Shown here one piece after another: positions 17,214 to 28,300 of a DNA stretch of 64,000 bases (its first letter is position 1; the number at the start of each line of letters is the position of its first letter). Under the pieces are notes generated by a model. The model did no database searches. It was not told the origin of the DNA and worked only from the letters and a program-made list of their open reading frames with translations. A program made the translations under genes and the position numbers. Source of the stretch: a virus; the IMG/VR virus record IMGVR_UViG_3300029342_000002; one strand, 5' to 3'.

Positions 17214-20200
17214 ATGGCAGACGGAAATATTGGTAGTTTGTGGTTGAGTCTTGGGATTAGGGACGAGATGAGCAAGGCCATCGAGAAGATAACCAAGGGT
17301 ATGAGGGGCGTGGACGAGGCTACGCAAAAAGCTAAGCGGGAGGGAGAGAGTCTTGTCAAGGCGCTTGAAGGCATCAACGGGAATAACTTTGCGAGGGTAT
17401 TCAGAGAGGCGAATGCGTATATTGCCAAGAACTCAAAGGAGATATCCGGCATAGCCAAGATACTCAAAAATCTTGGAGACAGCAACGCGTTTACGGGGAC
17501 GCTATTAAAAGCCAAAGGACTCGAAGAAACTGCGGCGGCTCTCAGAAAGGCTAATGCAGAACTGGCGGTTCTCGCGAAAACAGAAGGCAAGGAGGCGGAT
17601 GTCTCACAATGGCGAACGAAGATATCGAATGCCCTTGACTATATAAAGCTGCTTCAGGACATCATCGGTCAGGAAAAGAAGCTTGACAATACCAAGGCGC
17701 TTAACCCGAACGTGGACACGAAGAGTCTGGACAACGCCAAGAAGTCGCTGGAAGGGTTTAGGGCGGAGATGACACGTCTTCTCCAAAGCGGTGGCGTGGA
17801 TGACAGCAACGTACTTGGCAGCTTCAAGAAGCTGCTTGATGTGGCGAAGAAGGATGTGCAGGACATCGTGGCTACGTTTAAGAAGGATAATCCGCTTTCG
17901 CTGTTCAGCGGTGGTGCAGCGAAGGTGGAGACGGATCTTGCGCGTGTGACGGAGAAGCTGGCGCGACTTCGTGACCTTATGGCGGAAGGAACACGGAAGG
18001 GCTTTATGACGGATATGCTTGGCGGCAGCATCACGGAGCTTGACAAGATTATGGCACGCCTTAACGCTGCGAAGCTGAATCCGACAATGCTGACGGACGC
18101 ATCGCAGATGAGAAACCTTATCTCTGACGTGCTTGTGGAAATGACGAAGGCAACTGTGGCGGAGAGCGCGTATAGGAGAGAGAGGGGTAAGACGGTTGAG
18201 GTTGAGAGGGCTGTAAACCAGGAGATATCGAACGAGCATAAGGCAGCGCAGCAGGAAAGGGAGCGCGACTTGCAGGCACTCTCGGACTATACCAAGCGGT
18301 ATATGGAGCTGCAAGAAGCCAAGAGGAAGGCAGACGATAAGGCAGCAAAGAATGCGAAAGACAAAGCACGCAGACGGTCGGAGGCAGAACAGAGACGCAT
18401 AGCATCGGACACAGCCAAGATGTCGCGCCTGTATGCTTCGATGGGATTGGGCATTGGCAAGGGCGAGCGTGTGGGTATGCGCGGACTGGAGCTTGGTGTG
18501 AATACCGCTGCGCTTGACAAGGCTTTGAGCGAGGCTGCGAAATTCAAGAAGACGATTGAGAACACCGTTGTCTCCATGATGGGCAAAGGAGACAGACCGG
18601 CATACGAGTGGTATGCGGCGCAGGTGAACCGTCTGAAGGAAAACCTGACAAACGCCACAGCGGCGCAGAAAGAGCTGAACGCGGCTCAGGAAAAGGCGAA
18701 CAGAAAAGCGGAAAGTGACGATGCGAAGCGAAGAGCTGACGAGAAGCGCAAGGAGGCACAGGCTGCAAGGGAACTTGCGCAGGCAGAGAAGCAGAGACAG
18801 AACCAGCTTGAGGTGACTCGTTCGAGAATACAGTCAATGGAGCGTGCTCTGCACAACTTGCAGGAGAAGCGATTCACCGCCAAGATGCTCGGTATAGACA
18901 CGAGCGAAGCTAATGCCAAGATAGAGCATTTGAAGACCCAGCTAATCGGATTGAGGAACATCCAGTTAGGTCTGAGTATGGGCGACACGAGCTTCCTTGG
19001 ACGTGTCGGCAATCTCGGCAATGGACGTGAGGTGCAGGCTGCGAACCAGTTGGCTGGCACTTACAGCAGACTGATTGGTGAGGTGGAGAAGACGAACCGC
19101 GAGAAGGAGAAGAGCATTGAGCTGGAGCGGGCACACCAGCAGGAGGTGGCGCGGACAGCTACTAAGGTGAGGGGTGACTTGGCCAAGGCTTTTGAGCAAG
19201 CCAAGAACCATTCTTTAGGGATGAACTCTACGTTGCAGGATCTGAAGTCGCTGTTCTTGCAGGGCGGTCTGGTTTATGGCGCTCAGCAGTTTGCGATGAG
19301 TATAATCCAGGCTGGTGGTGAGATTGAGAAGCAGCACATTGCGCTCCAAAGTATCATCGGTGACGTACAGAATGCCAATGTGCTTTTCAATCAGACGAAA
19401 GAGCTGGCACTGAACTCTCCGTTCACCTTCTCCGAGCTGAACAAAGACGTGAAGCAGTTGGCCGCATACGGTGTGGAGTATGACGAGCTTTACGATACCA
19501 CAAAACGACTGGCGGATATGGCCTCAGGATTGGGCGTGAGCTTCGAGCGCATAGCATTGGCGTTCGGTCAGGTGCGTTCGCGTGGATGGCTTGACGGCAA
19601 GGAGTTGAGGCAGATATCGTATGCGGGCATTCCTATTCTTCAGAAGTTGAGCGAATACTACACCAAGAAGGAAGGTCAGAAGGTCAGCACGAGTGAGGTG
19701 AAGAGCCGTATCTCGAACCGCGGTGTGGACTTCGAGGATGTGAAGAACGTGTTCTGGGAGATGACCGATGCGGGCGGTCAGTTCTACAACATGCAGCAGG
19801 TGCTCAGTGAGACTCTACTTGGCCGTTATAACAAGCTGAAGGACGCATGGGAAATCATGCTGTCTGAGTTTGCGAGCGGCAACAACCTTGTGGGCAGCTT
19901 CTTCAAGACCGCCCTTGACGGCGCAACCGCCCTCGTGCAGGCGCTTCACACCCTTGCCCTGCCGGTCGGTGCTGTCGTAGCAGGCTACGCCATGCGTAGG
20001 GCGCTGATGGGCAATACCGCCTCGAGCTTACTCTCCACCAAGGGTGGACTGGCCAAGAGCGCGATGGAGAAACAGCTTCGAGGCGAGAATCTGACACAGA
20101 TAGAACGTAACATTCTGTCTACCAAGAACAAGATAACGGGAGCAGACCTCCGTAGTCTGATGATGTCAAAGCAGCTCAACCAGTCGGAGCTGGCGCGTCT

Positions 20201-23200
20201 GCGCATTGCAGGCAAGATAACACAGCAGCAATATCTGACCTATTCGGCTCTTCTGAAGCAGCAGACGGGCATGAACACATTCGGCATGAGAACCAGACGT
20301 CTGCTTGTCCAGTTGAGGATGATGATGGCCGGCATGTTGGCTAATCCTATGGGCGCGATGAGGAACATGTGGGGCAGTTTTACGACCTCCGCATTGGCGT
20401 CATTCCGAGTGATAGGAATGGGTGCAAAGGCATTGGGTGCTTCCCTGTGGTCCGCGATAGGCGGTCTGCCGGGGCTTATCATATCCGGCGTGACATTTGG
20501 CATAAGCTACCTTATATCGAAGTCGCAGGATCTGAAGCAGGACATGCAGCAGACTATGGACGAAATGAAGGACCGCATAAAGCAGATTGACGACTTTATG
20601 CGCGACAACAACGTGGGCAAGATAGTGCGCGGCGACAACGAGAAGGAAATAGACAATGCCATAGAATCTTACAAGGACAAAATCAGAGAGATAGCCCCTG
20701 AAAGCGCCAACGCCTTTGAAATGAAGGCGTCGGAGATAGAAAGCCACAAGGAGCGTCTGAAATACCTTGAGGAGCAGTTGGATCTTCTGAAAGAAGCCAA
20801 TAAAGTGGCCCAGGAGAAGTCGGAGAATACGGACCTCTATGAGGATCTTCGCGATAAGACCGAGAGTGCCGTAAAAGCAGCCGAAACACTCGTAAAGCGT
20901 TCATCCATCTTTGGAAAGGGAGGCGTGGACGAGGCAGAAATGGGTCTTTACGAAGATGCAGAGAAAGAGTTTGACAAGTTTATCGGTCAGCTTGCAGCAA
21001 GGTACAAGAAAGAATTTCCGAATATCGTCAACAGTACGCAGGAACAACAGGCGATGCAGACGATGCTGAAGAACTTTCTTGCGCTGAAGGGCGCGAGCGA
21101 GGAAGCCACCATGCAGATACGTTCGGCTCTGAACCGTGCGCTTGGCCTGGAGGACAAAGACATGGAACAAGCCTTCGCAAGCAAACTCATGAACATGGTG
21201 GACTCTGCCTTCCCCGAGATAGCGGACAGGATTCGCGGACACAAGGAACTGGACGCGGAAAGCAAGCGTAAAGTGGAGAACCTTATGCGAGGTGCCGTCA
21301 GCGAGCTTAGCATCGCCTATCCGAAATGGGAGACGGAGCTGCAACGCCTCCTTGCCAACTCGTCATTTGAAGCGAAGATCCTGCTTGTGTATGATACGGG
21401 AATGATAGACAACTTCGATCCGTTCACTGGACGCATATATAATAATGTGCTCGGCTCAAATATCACACAATGGAAGGAGAATGCCGAGAAGTTCCAAGAG
21501 CTTAAACCTTTGCTGAAGGGAGTAAACGATATGTATACCGCCCGCAATAACGCAAAGACCGAACTGGAGAAGCGTTATAACATATGGAAAGCAGAGGAGG
21601 ACGCCAAAAAGAAGGGCAAGGGTGACGAGGCGACAAGACTGGCAGTAAAGAAGAAATACGAAGACCTCAGGAAAGCCGCCTACTTAGGACTTGGTTATGA
21701 ATATGTCCCAGAGGACAAGAAGAGCAACAGAGTGCCTAAGGGTAAGGGTGACAAGGAAGATAAGGTGCTGAAGGCTTGGGAGGAGCGTCTTAATGCGTTT
21801 AAGTCTGCCCGTCAGATGTATCAGAAGTATAAGGGGCTTCCCAACTGGGGAGCCAAGAAGGCTGACGATATGGTCAGAGGGCTGTTTCCTGAGGTGGGCG
21901 ACCTTAGCTTCGACAAGTATCTGGAGAGTCTGGAGAAGTTAGAGAAGGCGCTGAAGCCTACCACCACGGAGAGAAAGAAAGCCATTACCGCGCTGCATAG
22001 GGAGAGAAGCGAATGGAAATACTCCGAGATGCTGAAACCCGAGGCAGACCGACTGGCTGCTGACTTTGCGGAGATACTGGAAAGAGGCATCCGCCAGGCA
22101 GACCTCCATAAGGCGCTGATGGAGAAGACAGGAGATGAGAACTTCGCCTCACTTGCCTTCAGAGACGGCATGATGTGGGACGACCAGACCCGCGGTATGG
22201 CCCAGATGTTCGAGGAAATGACCGGCAGGAAGATAGATGGTCTGCTGGACGCTACCGACGCCACAGCCAAGAAGGCATTGGAGGACAACACCGACGCCTA
22301 TAACCTGTGGAAGAAGATAACCGACCTCGTCAGAAACAACTATACGGGTTACCTTGAGAAAGCCGCTGACGCCATCAAGGAGACGGCGACTTGGGAGGAG
22401 AAGCTGATTGCCGTGGACGCGAAGTGGGACGAGCGCATAAAGCAGGCTGACAGACGCGGTGACACCTCCACCGCCGAGCGTTTCCGTCAGATGCGTGACA
22501 AGGAGAAAGGACAGGTAATGGACGCTCAGTTCAAGCAGAGCCAGGACTACCTGAACTTCTTCGGTGCGATAACCGAGATGGGCGAAGTGAAGGCGCGTGA
22601 AGTGGCGGCAGAGATACGTCAGTATCTTAACACAGCCCTGAGAGACGGCAGCATCGACGCAAGAGAGTATGCAAAGCAGATACAGCAGATAGACGAGCAG
22701 CTGCGCAAACTGAGCGAGCGCAGAAAAGGCTTCTTCAACGGCGGCATCGTCGGCATAGCCGAGCGTAAGACGGAAGAAGGTAACGCGAAAATCTCAATGG
22801 GCGCGACCAGCGTGGCGGCTGGCGAGGAGAAGATCCGCGAGGGCAGGATAAAGGGTGACATCGCCCTTGTGGCGGAAGGACTGAAGCTCAAGGTGACCGG
22901 TGAGGACCTTATCAGAACCGGCAAGAAGCTGGTAGAAGAGGGTATGACGCTGAAGAAGCGCTTCGAGAACATCGGCAGCGCCCTCGGCGAGATAGCCAAT
23001 ATCGCTAACGGTATCAACGACGCCTTCAACCAAGTCAAGGACATGGCAGACGCCCTCGGCATAGACACCGAGAGTGACGGATGGCAGGACGCACAGGCAG
23101 CGATGTCGTCGCTGACCTCTATCACGGGCGGCATCTCGAAAACCTTCAAAGCCGTGAAGAGCGGTGACATCGGCGGCGCAGTGAGCGGTGTGGCAAGCAT

Positions 23201-24317
23201 CATAACTGGCCCGATAACCGCCTTCGCCAAGGCCCATGACGCTAAGAAGGAGCGTCAGATAAAGCTGGCAGAGCGCGAGCTGAAAGCCCTCGAAAACATG
23301 CAGACCACCATCAAGAACGCCATCGAGGACAGCTTGGGCGGCATCTACAACTACCGTATGGACGCGAAGACGACGGCGAAGATGAACAAGATAGTCAGCA
23401 GCTACGAGAATGGCGAGAAGAGCAACATCATGCGCATCGCCGGCATCAATCCGAGCGCCTACAGCAAGGAGACGTACGAGGCAGCACAGAAGAGCCTCGC
23501 TGACCCGACGGATGCCTATCAGGCAGAGCTGACGGGCCTGATGGCACAGCGAGACCAGCTACAGCGTCAGCGTGCCAACGAGGACGCCAAGAAGAAGACT
23601 GACAAGGACAAGCTGGCCGACTACGACCAACAGATAGAGGAGATGGAACGCTCTATAAAGAACGCCGCCAAGAACTTCCTCAAGGAGCTGTACGGCGTGG
23701 ACATGAAGAGCTGGGCAAGCCAACTGACAGACGCCGTGGTGAGCGCCTGGGAAAAGGGCGAGGACGCCATCGACGCCTACAAGAAAAAGGCGAAGGAAAT
23801 GGTGAAGGACCTCACGAAGAACATCATCTCGCAGAAGATAATGGAGCAAGCCCTTCAGAAGCCCCTCGACTTCCTGACACAGCAGATAGAGAAGAAGGGC
23901 AGACTGGACGAGTATGACGTGACACAGCTCGCCTCCGACCTCTACTCAGCCGGTGAGAACAGCGTGGCGAACATCACCGCTGTCCTTGAGGAGCTGAAGC
24001 GCAGAGGCTGGGATTTCTCCGAGAGCGGCAGTTCATCGACCACGAACACCATAAAGGGTGTGACGGAAGAGACCGCCGACCTCCTTGCCGCATATCTGAA
24101 CGCCATCCGCCTGGATGTGAGCGTGAACCGCGAGAATATCAAGGCAATAGCCACGAACGTGTCGCTCCTCCCTGCGATGAGCGAGATACAGAAGAGTCAG
24201 CTTGCAGCCATGAACCAACTCGTGACGCTCGCCCAGGTGCGTAACGACCGCATAGACGAGATAGTGACTTGGACCCGCAAGGTAAGCAACGGCTCATCAA
24301 AGATTTACGTGAAATAA
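17214..24317 (+). CDS. tape measure protein (2367 aa)
   Basis: Giant ORF after the major tail gene. Long coiled-coil regions, with a hydrophobic glycine-rich segment (about aa 1030-1090) typical of tape measure proteins. Confidence 0.9.
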   Translation: MADGNIGSLWLSLGIRDEMSKAIEKITKGMRGVDEATQKAKREGESLVKALEGINGNNFARVFREANAYIAKNSKEISGIAKILKNLGDSNAFTGTLLKAKGLEETAAALRKANAELAVLAKTEGKEADVSQWRTKISNALDYIKLLQDIIGQEKKLDNTKALNPNVDTKSLDNAKKSLEGFRAEMTRLLQSGGVDDSNVLGSFKKLLDVAKKDVQDIVATFKKDNPLSLFSGGAAKVETDLARVTEKLARLRDLMAEGTRKGFMTDMLGGSITELDKIMARLNAAKLNPTMLTDASQMRNLISDVLVEMTKATVAESAYRRERGKTVEVERAVNQEISNEHKAAQQERERDLQALSDYTKRYMELQEAKRKADDKAAKNAKDKARRRSEAEQRRIASDTAKMSRLYASMGLGIGKGERVGMRGLELGVNTAALDKALSEAAKFKKTIENTVVSMMGKGDRPAYEWYAAQVNRLKENLTNATAAQKELNAAQEKANRKAESDDAKRRADEKRKEAQAARELAQAEKQRQNQLEVTRSRIQSMERALHNLQEKRFTAKMLGIDTSEANAKIEHLKTQLIGLRNIQLGLSMGDTSFLGRVGNLGNGREVQAANQLAGTYSRLIGEVEKTNREKEKSIELERAHQQEVARTATKVRGDLAKAFEQAKNHSLGMNSTLQDLKSLFLQGGLVYGAQQFAMSIIQAGGEIEKQHIALQSIIGDVQNANVLFNQTKELALNSPFTFSELNKDVKQLAAYGVEYDELYDTTKRLADMASGLGVSFERIALAFGQVRSRGWLDGKELRQISYAGIPILQKLSEYYTKKEGQKVSTSEVKSRISNRGVDFEDVKNVFWEMTDAGGQFYNMQQVLSETLLGRYNKLKDAWEIMLSEFASGNNLVGSFFKTALDGATALVQALHTLALPVGAVVAGYAMRRALMGNTASSLLSTKGGLAKSAMEKQLRGENLTQIERNILSTKNKITGADLRSLMMSKQLNQSELARLRIAGKITQQQYLTYSALLKQQTGMNTFGMRTRRLLVQLRMMMAGMLANPMGAMRNMWGSFTTSALASFRVIGMGAKALGASLWSAIGGLPGLIISGVTFGISYLISKSQDLKQDMQQTMDEMKDRIKQIDDFMRDNNVGKIVRGDNEKEIDNAIESYKDKIREIAPESANAFEMKASEIESHKERLKYLEEQLDLLKEANKVAQEKSENTDLYEDLRDKTESAVKAAETLVKRSSIFGKGGVDEAEMGLYEDAEKEFDKFIGQLAARYKKEFPNIVNSTQEQQAMQTMLKNFLALKGASEEATMQIRSALNRALGLEDKDMEQAFASKLMNMVDSAFPEIADRIRGHKELDAESKRKVENLMRGAVSELSIAYPKWETELQRLLANSSFEAKILLVYDTGMIDNFDPFTGRIYNNVLGSNITQWKENAEKFQELKPLLKGVNDMYTARNNAKTELEKRYNIWKAEEDAKKKGKGDEATRLAVKKKYEDLRKAAYLGLGYEYVPEDKKSNRVPKGKGDKEDKVLKAWEERLNAFKSARQMYQKYKGLPNWGAKKADDMVRGLFPEVGDLSFDKYLESLEKLEKALKPTTTERKKAITALHRERSEWKYSEMLKPEADRLAADFAEILERGIRQADLHKALMEKTGDENFASLAFRDGMMWDDQTRGMAQMFEEMTGRKIDGLLDATDATAKKALEDNTDAYNLWKKITDLVRNNYTGYLEKAADAIKETATWEEKLIAVDAKWDERIKQADRRGDTSTAERFRQMRDKEKGQVMDAQFKQSQDYLNFFGAITEMGEVKAREVAAEIRQYLNTALRDGSIDAREYAKQIQQIDEQLRKLSERRKGFFNGGIVGIAERKTEEGNAKISMGATSVAAGEEKIREGRIKGDIALVAEGLKLKVTGEDLIRTGKKLVEEGMTLKKRFENIGSALGEIANIANGINDAFNQVKDMADALGIDTESDGWQDAQAAMSSLTSITGGISKTFKAVKSGDIGGAVSGVASIITGPITAFAKAHDAKKERQIKLAERELKALENMQTTIKNAIEDSLGGIYNYRMDAKTTAKMNKIVSSYENGEKSNIMRIAGINPSAYSKETYEAAQKSLADPTDAYQAELTGLMAQRDQLQRQRANEDAKKKTDKDKLADYDQQIEEMERSIKNAAKNFLKELYGVDMKSWASQLTDAVVSAWEKGEDAIDAYKKKAKEMVKDLTKNIISQKIMEQALQKPLDFLTQQIEKKGRLDEYDVTQLASDLYSAGENSVANITAVLEELKRRGWDFSESGSSSTTNTIKGVTEETADLLAAYLNAIRLDVSVNRENIKAIATNVSLLPAMSEIQKSQLAAMNQLVTLAQVRNDRIDEIVTWTRKVSNGSSKIYVK

Positions 24318-24330
24318 GAAAGGAAACCAC

Positions 24331-24834
24331 ATGAAAGAAAGACAGTTATCCGACAAGATGAAGGCAGAGGCTATGGGACTGGGCCTCTGCCAGCAGTGGA
24401 CAAACGAATGGGAGGACAACACCTCGAAGGACGAGATGGTGAGGAAGTTCGTGCGCGGTATAGACTTCTGCATAGACCACGACTGGCCCGACGTGAAGAC
24501 CATAAAGCGTCAGTTCGGCGACGTGATACACAACCACGGCGTATGGGCGGACGAGAACGTCAGCGTGACGAACGCCCCGATGACCATCCTCAACGGAGAA
24601 TGCGTATGCGACGCGACGTTCGACGGGACGGGCGCGGGCGAGGTGTACGTCCGTCATGGGAGCGTGCTCAGAGTGAAGGCGACCGGCTACGCACGGGTGT
24701 TCGTGACGCTGAGGGATGCGGGAGAGGTGTATGCCGAGACGGAAGGTCACGCCAAGGTGTTCGTATACAGATACGGCGGTGAGGTGAGGCTGGCGGCAGG
24801 CGACGTGACGGTACGTGAGAAGAAGAAAGAATAA
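24331..24834 (+). CDS. hypothetical tail protein
   Basis: 167-aa ORF starting 13 nt after the tape measure stop. Confidence 0.6.
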   Translation: MKERQLSDKMKAEAMGLGLCQQWTNEWEDNTSKDEMVRKFVRGIDFCIDHDWPDVKTIKRQFGDVIHNHGVWADENVSVTNAPMTILNGECVCDATFDGTGAGEVYVRHGSVLRVKATGYARVFVTLRDAGEVYAETEGHAKVFVYRYGGEVRLAAGDVTVREKKKE

Positions 24835-24846
24835 AAAAATATCGGA

Positions 24847-24888
24847 TATTGCATAAATATTCACATCATAGTGTATATTTATGCAATA
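24847..24888 (+). promoter_or_regulatory. 15-bp inverted repeat ATATTGCATAAATAT / ATATTTATGCAATAT carrying the TATTTATGCA motif
   Basis: Read directly from the sequence. Spacer is about 14 bp. Lies 35 bp upstream of the ATG at 24922. Confidence 0.6.
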
Positions 24889-24921
24889 TTTTTACTAATT
24901 TTGGGACTAAAATAGAGCAGT

Positions 24922-25377
24922 ATGCAATATTATAAAGTGTTGATGCAAAGAGAGACGGCAGGAGCTGCCGTAACGGACACCATTTCGGCGTTCGGCATGT
25001 ACTGCATGGACATTCCCTTCACGATGGCGGCCAAGGCAAAAGAGCCTTCGAAGCGCGAATGGAAGGACGAGGACGGCGACGACGAATACATACCCGCCGA
25101 AGGTCTGAAGATGAGCGCCTATGAGATGAGCGTGAAGTTCGGCATGAAGGGTGACAAGGACACGGCGAACAAGAACCTGAAAGCCTTCCTCGACTATCTG
25201 CGCGGCGGCACGATGAAGCTGTATTGCGACTACACAAAGATAGGCAGGCAGAACGTGCGCTTCGTGAGCATCGGCGAAGACGCTACGCTTGTAAGAGACG
25301 CCAACGGCGACTTGCTGATAATAAAGATAACATTCAAGGTGAACGATCCTGTCACCGACATAACCCTTACGATATGA
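24922..25377 (+). CDS. hypothetical distal tail protein
   Basis: 151-aa ORF with an ATGA overlap onto the next gene. Confidence 0.6.
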   Translation: MQYYKVLMQRETAGAAVTDTISAFGMYCMDIPFTMAAKAKEPSKREWKDEDGDDEYIPAEGLKMSAYEMSVKFGMKGDKDTANKNLKAFLDYLRGGTMKLYCDYTKIGRQNVRFVSIGEDATLVRDANGDLLIIKITFKVNDPVTDITLTI

Positions 25378-28300
25378 AAGAGCGTATACGAGTGTACCAT
25401 AAAGACGGAAGTCTTCTGAACGACATGGAAGGCAATGCCGTGGAGCTTAGCGCCGTGGAGATGACGGACGGCTGGATGGAGGACTGCTTCGTGCAGACCA
25501 CCATCGAAAGCGCGTACCCCATAAACTTCTCCATCGGCGACTACATTGTATACCGTGGCGAGCGCTATGAGCTGAACTACGACCCCGGCAAGGCGAAGAC
25601 AGCAAGAGCAGGCAGTGACAGAGGCGCTTTCAGATACGAGAACGTGAAGCTGAACGCCTTGCAGGACGAGCTTGTGAGAGCGCAGTTTCTGGACGTGGTA
25701 TTGGGAATGGAGAACACGGAAGAGCAGACGATACCCTACACAGCCCTTCCAAAATTCGGCTTCTACGTGCAGACCGTGGACGACCTCCTGGACCGCATAC
25801 AGGCGAACATGGACGAGCAGATGGGCGCAGGACTCTGGGCGCTGTACTCACGAAACAAGGAGCGCAGTCTGCAACGAGGCTGTGACGGAACCGTATGGGA
25901 GGAGATGTATGGCAAGGGCACTACTGAGACCATCATAGACTCCGCCGCTCTGACCATCGACAACCAGAACTGCTGGAACGCCCTCGCGTTAGTGAACTCG
26001 AAATGGGACATCAACTTCGTGGTGAGAGGACGCAACGTCTTCGTGGACACGACGGGGCTGGAGGTTCCGTACGAATTTGTCTACGGCAAGCGCAGGGGTC
26101 TGTACGAGATAACACAGACCGCTGATGACAGCCAAGCCGTGACCACCCGTCTGCGTGCCTACGGAAGTGAGAAGAACCTTCCGACACACTATTATGCCAA
26201 TCTGTGCGTGGACGTGTTCGGAGAAACATCGAAGATAAGTCATCTTGCCTCCTCGACGAACACCGTCCTGCATGTGACCATCCCGAGCCTTAGCTGGGCA
26301 GCAGCGGGCAGCTACTTCACGTCAGTGAGAGACGGATCGGCAGCGGAGAGCAGAGAATATAACGTGACGGTAAAGGCGGGCGACGTTGAAGGCAGAGGCT
26401 ATGCCGTGTCGTCAGCACGAAAGGAGGGTGAGGGGACAGTCACGATAATCCTGAACTCGTCAAACGACGAGTATGGAATGACGATGAATGACGTGGAGGA
26501 CTTCTACACCGCAGTGATGAAAGAAAGAAAGGTGTACTTCCTTCAAGGCGTGAACAAGCAGAGCTTCCCCTCGAAGAACATGATAGCCAATACGGACCAG
26601 ATGCCGTCCCACATGGCAGTGACAAGGCTGATGCTGCCGGGATTTCCAAAGATGTCCGTAAAGGAATGGTGGGACACGCAGGCTACCGAGGAAGAGAAGG
26701 CTTGGATAAACCCGAGCGGCAAGGAGCACCTTCTTTCAGAACTGAAGAACCGTCCCTACGTGGACTCGGTGAACATCAAGGAGCTTGGCGTGAGAAACGG
26801 CAGCGTGATGTTCGATACGGAGAACAAGAAGGAAGGCATCATCGAGATATATCCGACCATCGAAGAGATGACGGTGGACGGACAGCGCATAGACGAACTG
26901 AACAGCGGTTCTGCCATCAAAGACAACGGCATCTTCAAGGACGGACAGACCGTGCCTCCCTTCTCGGTGACGCTTTCCCCGAAGGTGAACTTCGACATAA
27001 ACATGCTGAAGAAGGAGGACTTCACAATCAGCATGAAGGACGGCAAGTGTGGCGGCAGAGAGTTTAAGGTGAACGGATCAGTGAAGGAGAACGGCGTGTG
27101 GAAGCTGACCCTTGACCGTGTGAAAGACGATGCCTTAGAGCTGTACTTCCCGAACAAGGACTTTCAGATGGAGAGCGGAGACCACTTCGTGCTGACCGGC
27201 ATAGAGATGCCCGACTCTTACGTGGAAGCTGCGTCGGCAAAACTTCTGAAATACGCCCTCGCATGGCTGGACAAGAACGACTATACGCGATACGTGTTCG
27301 AGCCGAAGGTGGACGAGATATTCATGGCGTATCAGCATGACAAGGCGAAGGCAGACACCACCGGCAAGACGGCGAGCCTTTACGAAACCCTCAAGGCAGG
27401 CAGTCTGCTGCACTTCAGCGACACAGACCTGAAGATAGACAAGAGCGGCGTCATAGAGAGACTCATCATCCGTGAGGAGCTTGGCAGCATCCCCACTTAC
27501 GATGTGACCATCAAGGAAGACAAGGACGTGGGAACGCTGCAAAAGATGCAGGACGCCATAGACACGGTCACGATGAGCGTGAAGTCGGGTCTCTCGTCGG
27601 CGCAGATAGAAGGTCTGATACGCAGCAGGGGAGCGAAATACTTCCTCTCAAAGACAGATCCCGACACAGCGCAGGACGTTATCCGCTTCCTTCGCGGTCT
27701 TACCGTTGGAAGGACTGGGGACGGATATGGCGTGACGGGCGAAGGGGCTGCTACGCTGAGCAGCTGTGTGGTGGAGAGCGTGCGCAACGCTGAGGCTACT
27801 GACGAGGACCGAACCATCGTGGGCGGCAAGGGCTTTGACCTCTATATGGGCAAGGACGGCAAGAGCCACCTCTACATTGACTACCTGACGACACGCACGA
27901 AGTTCTTCGCAGCAAGCGCTGAGGTAAGAAAGGTGAGCTATTCGGGCGGTACTACGCTCTTCTCAAACGCTGGCAGCACAATAATGAAGGTGGCTCACGT
28001 ACTGGATGATGCAGGAGTGACTGTCGGCTACAAATGCTATGCTGCTGCTGATGACGGCACAACACGGACGGCAAACTGGTGGCATGTGGGCATGATGGCG
28101 CTGTGCCAGACCTTTAATGTGAAGGCTGGTGAGACGGAGAACCTTCAGAACCGCTACTACTGGCGCCTTGTGGTGGGCACGGGACAGGAGACGTTAGAGG
28201 ACGGCAAGCTGTATGACTACGTGATACTGTCAAACAAGAGGGCGTTCATGGGCAGCGAGGCTTGCGTGCCGGTGACATCGCAAAGGGTGATAGGCGCTGA

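Noticed and set aside
17078-24330. Numerous antisense or alternate-frame ORFs inside the tape measure gene (for example 17078..17590, 17604..18314, 21821..22291, 22619..23230).
   Set aside because: They are fully embedded in a 7.1-kb ORF with clear coiled-coil protein character. Their translations are low-complexity Ser/Ala/Leu/Arg-rich, as is typical of shadow ORFs.
24346-24864. Antisense 172-aa ORF and + strand Arg-rich ORF 24396..24782 overlapping gene 24331..24834.
   Set aside because: These are shadow frames of a GC-rich gene. The sense ORF is positioned 13 nt after the tape measure stop and has a normal composition.
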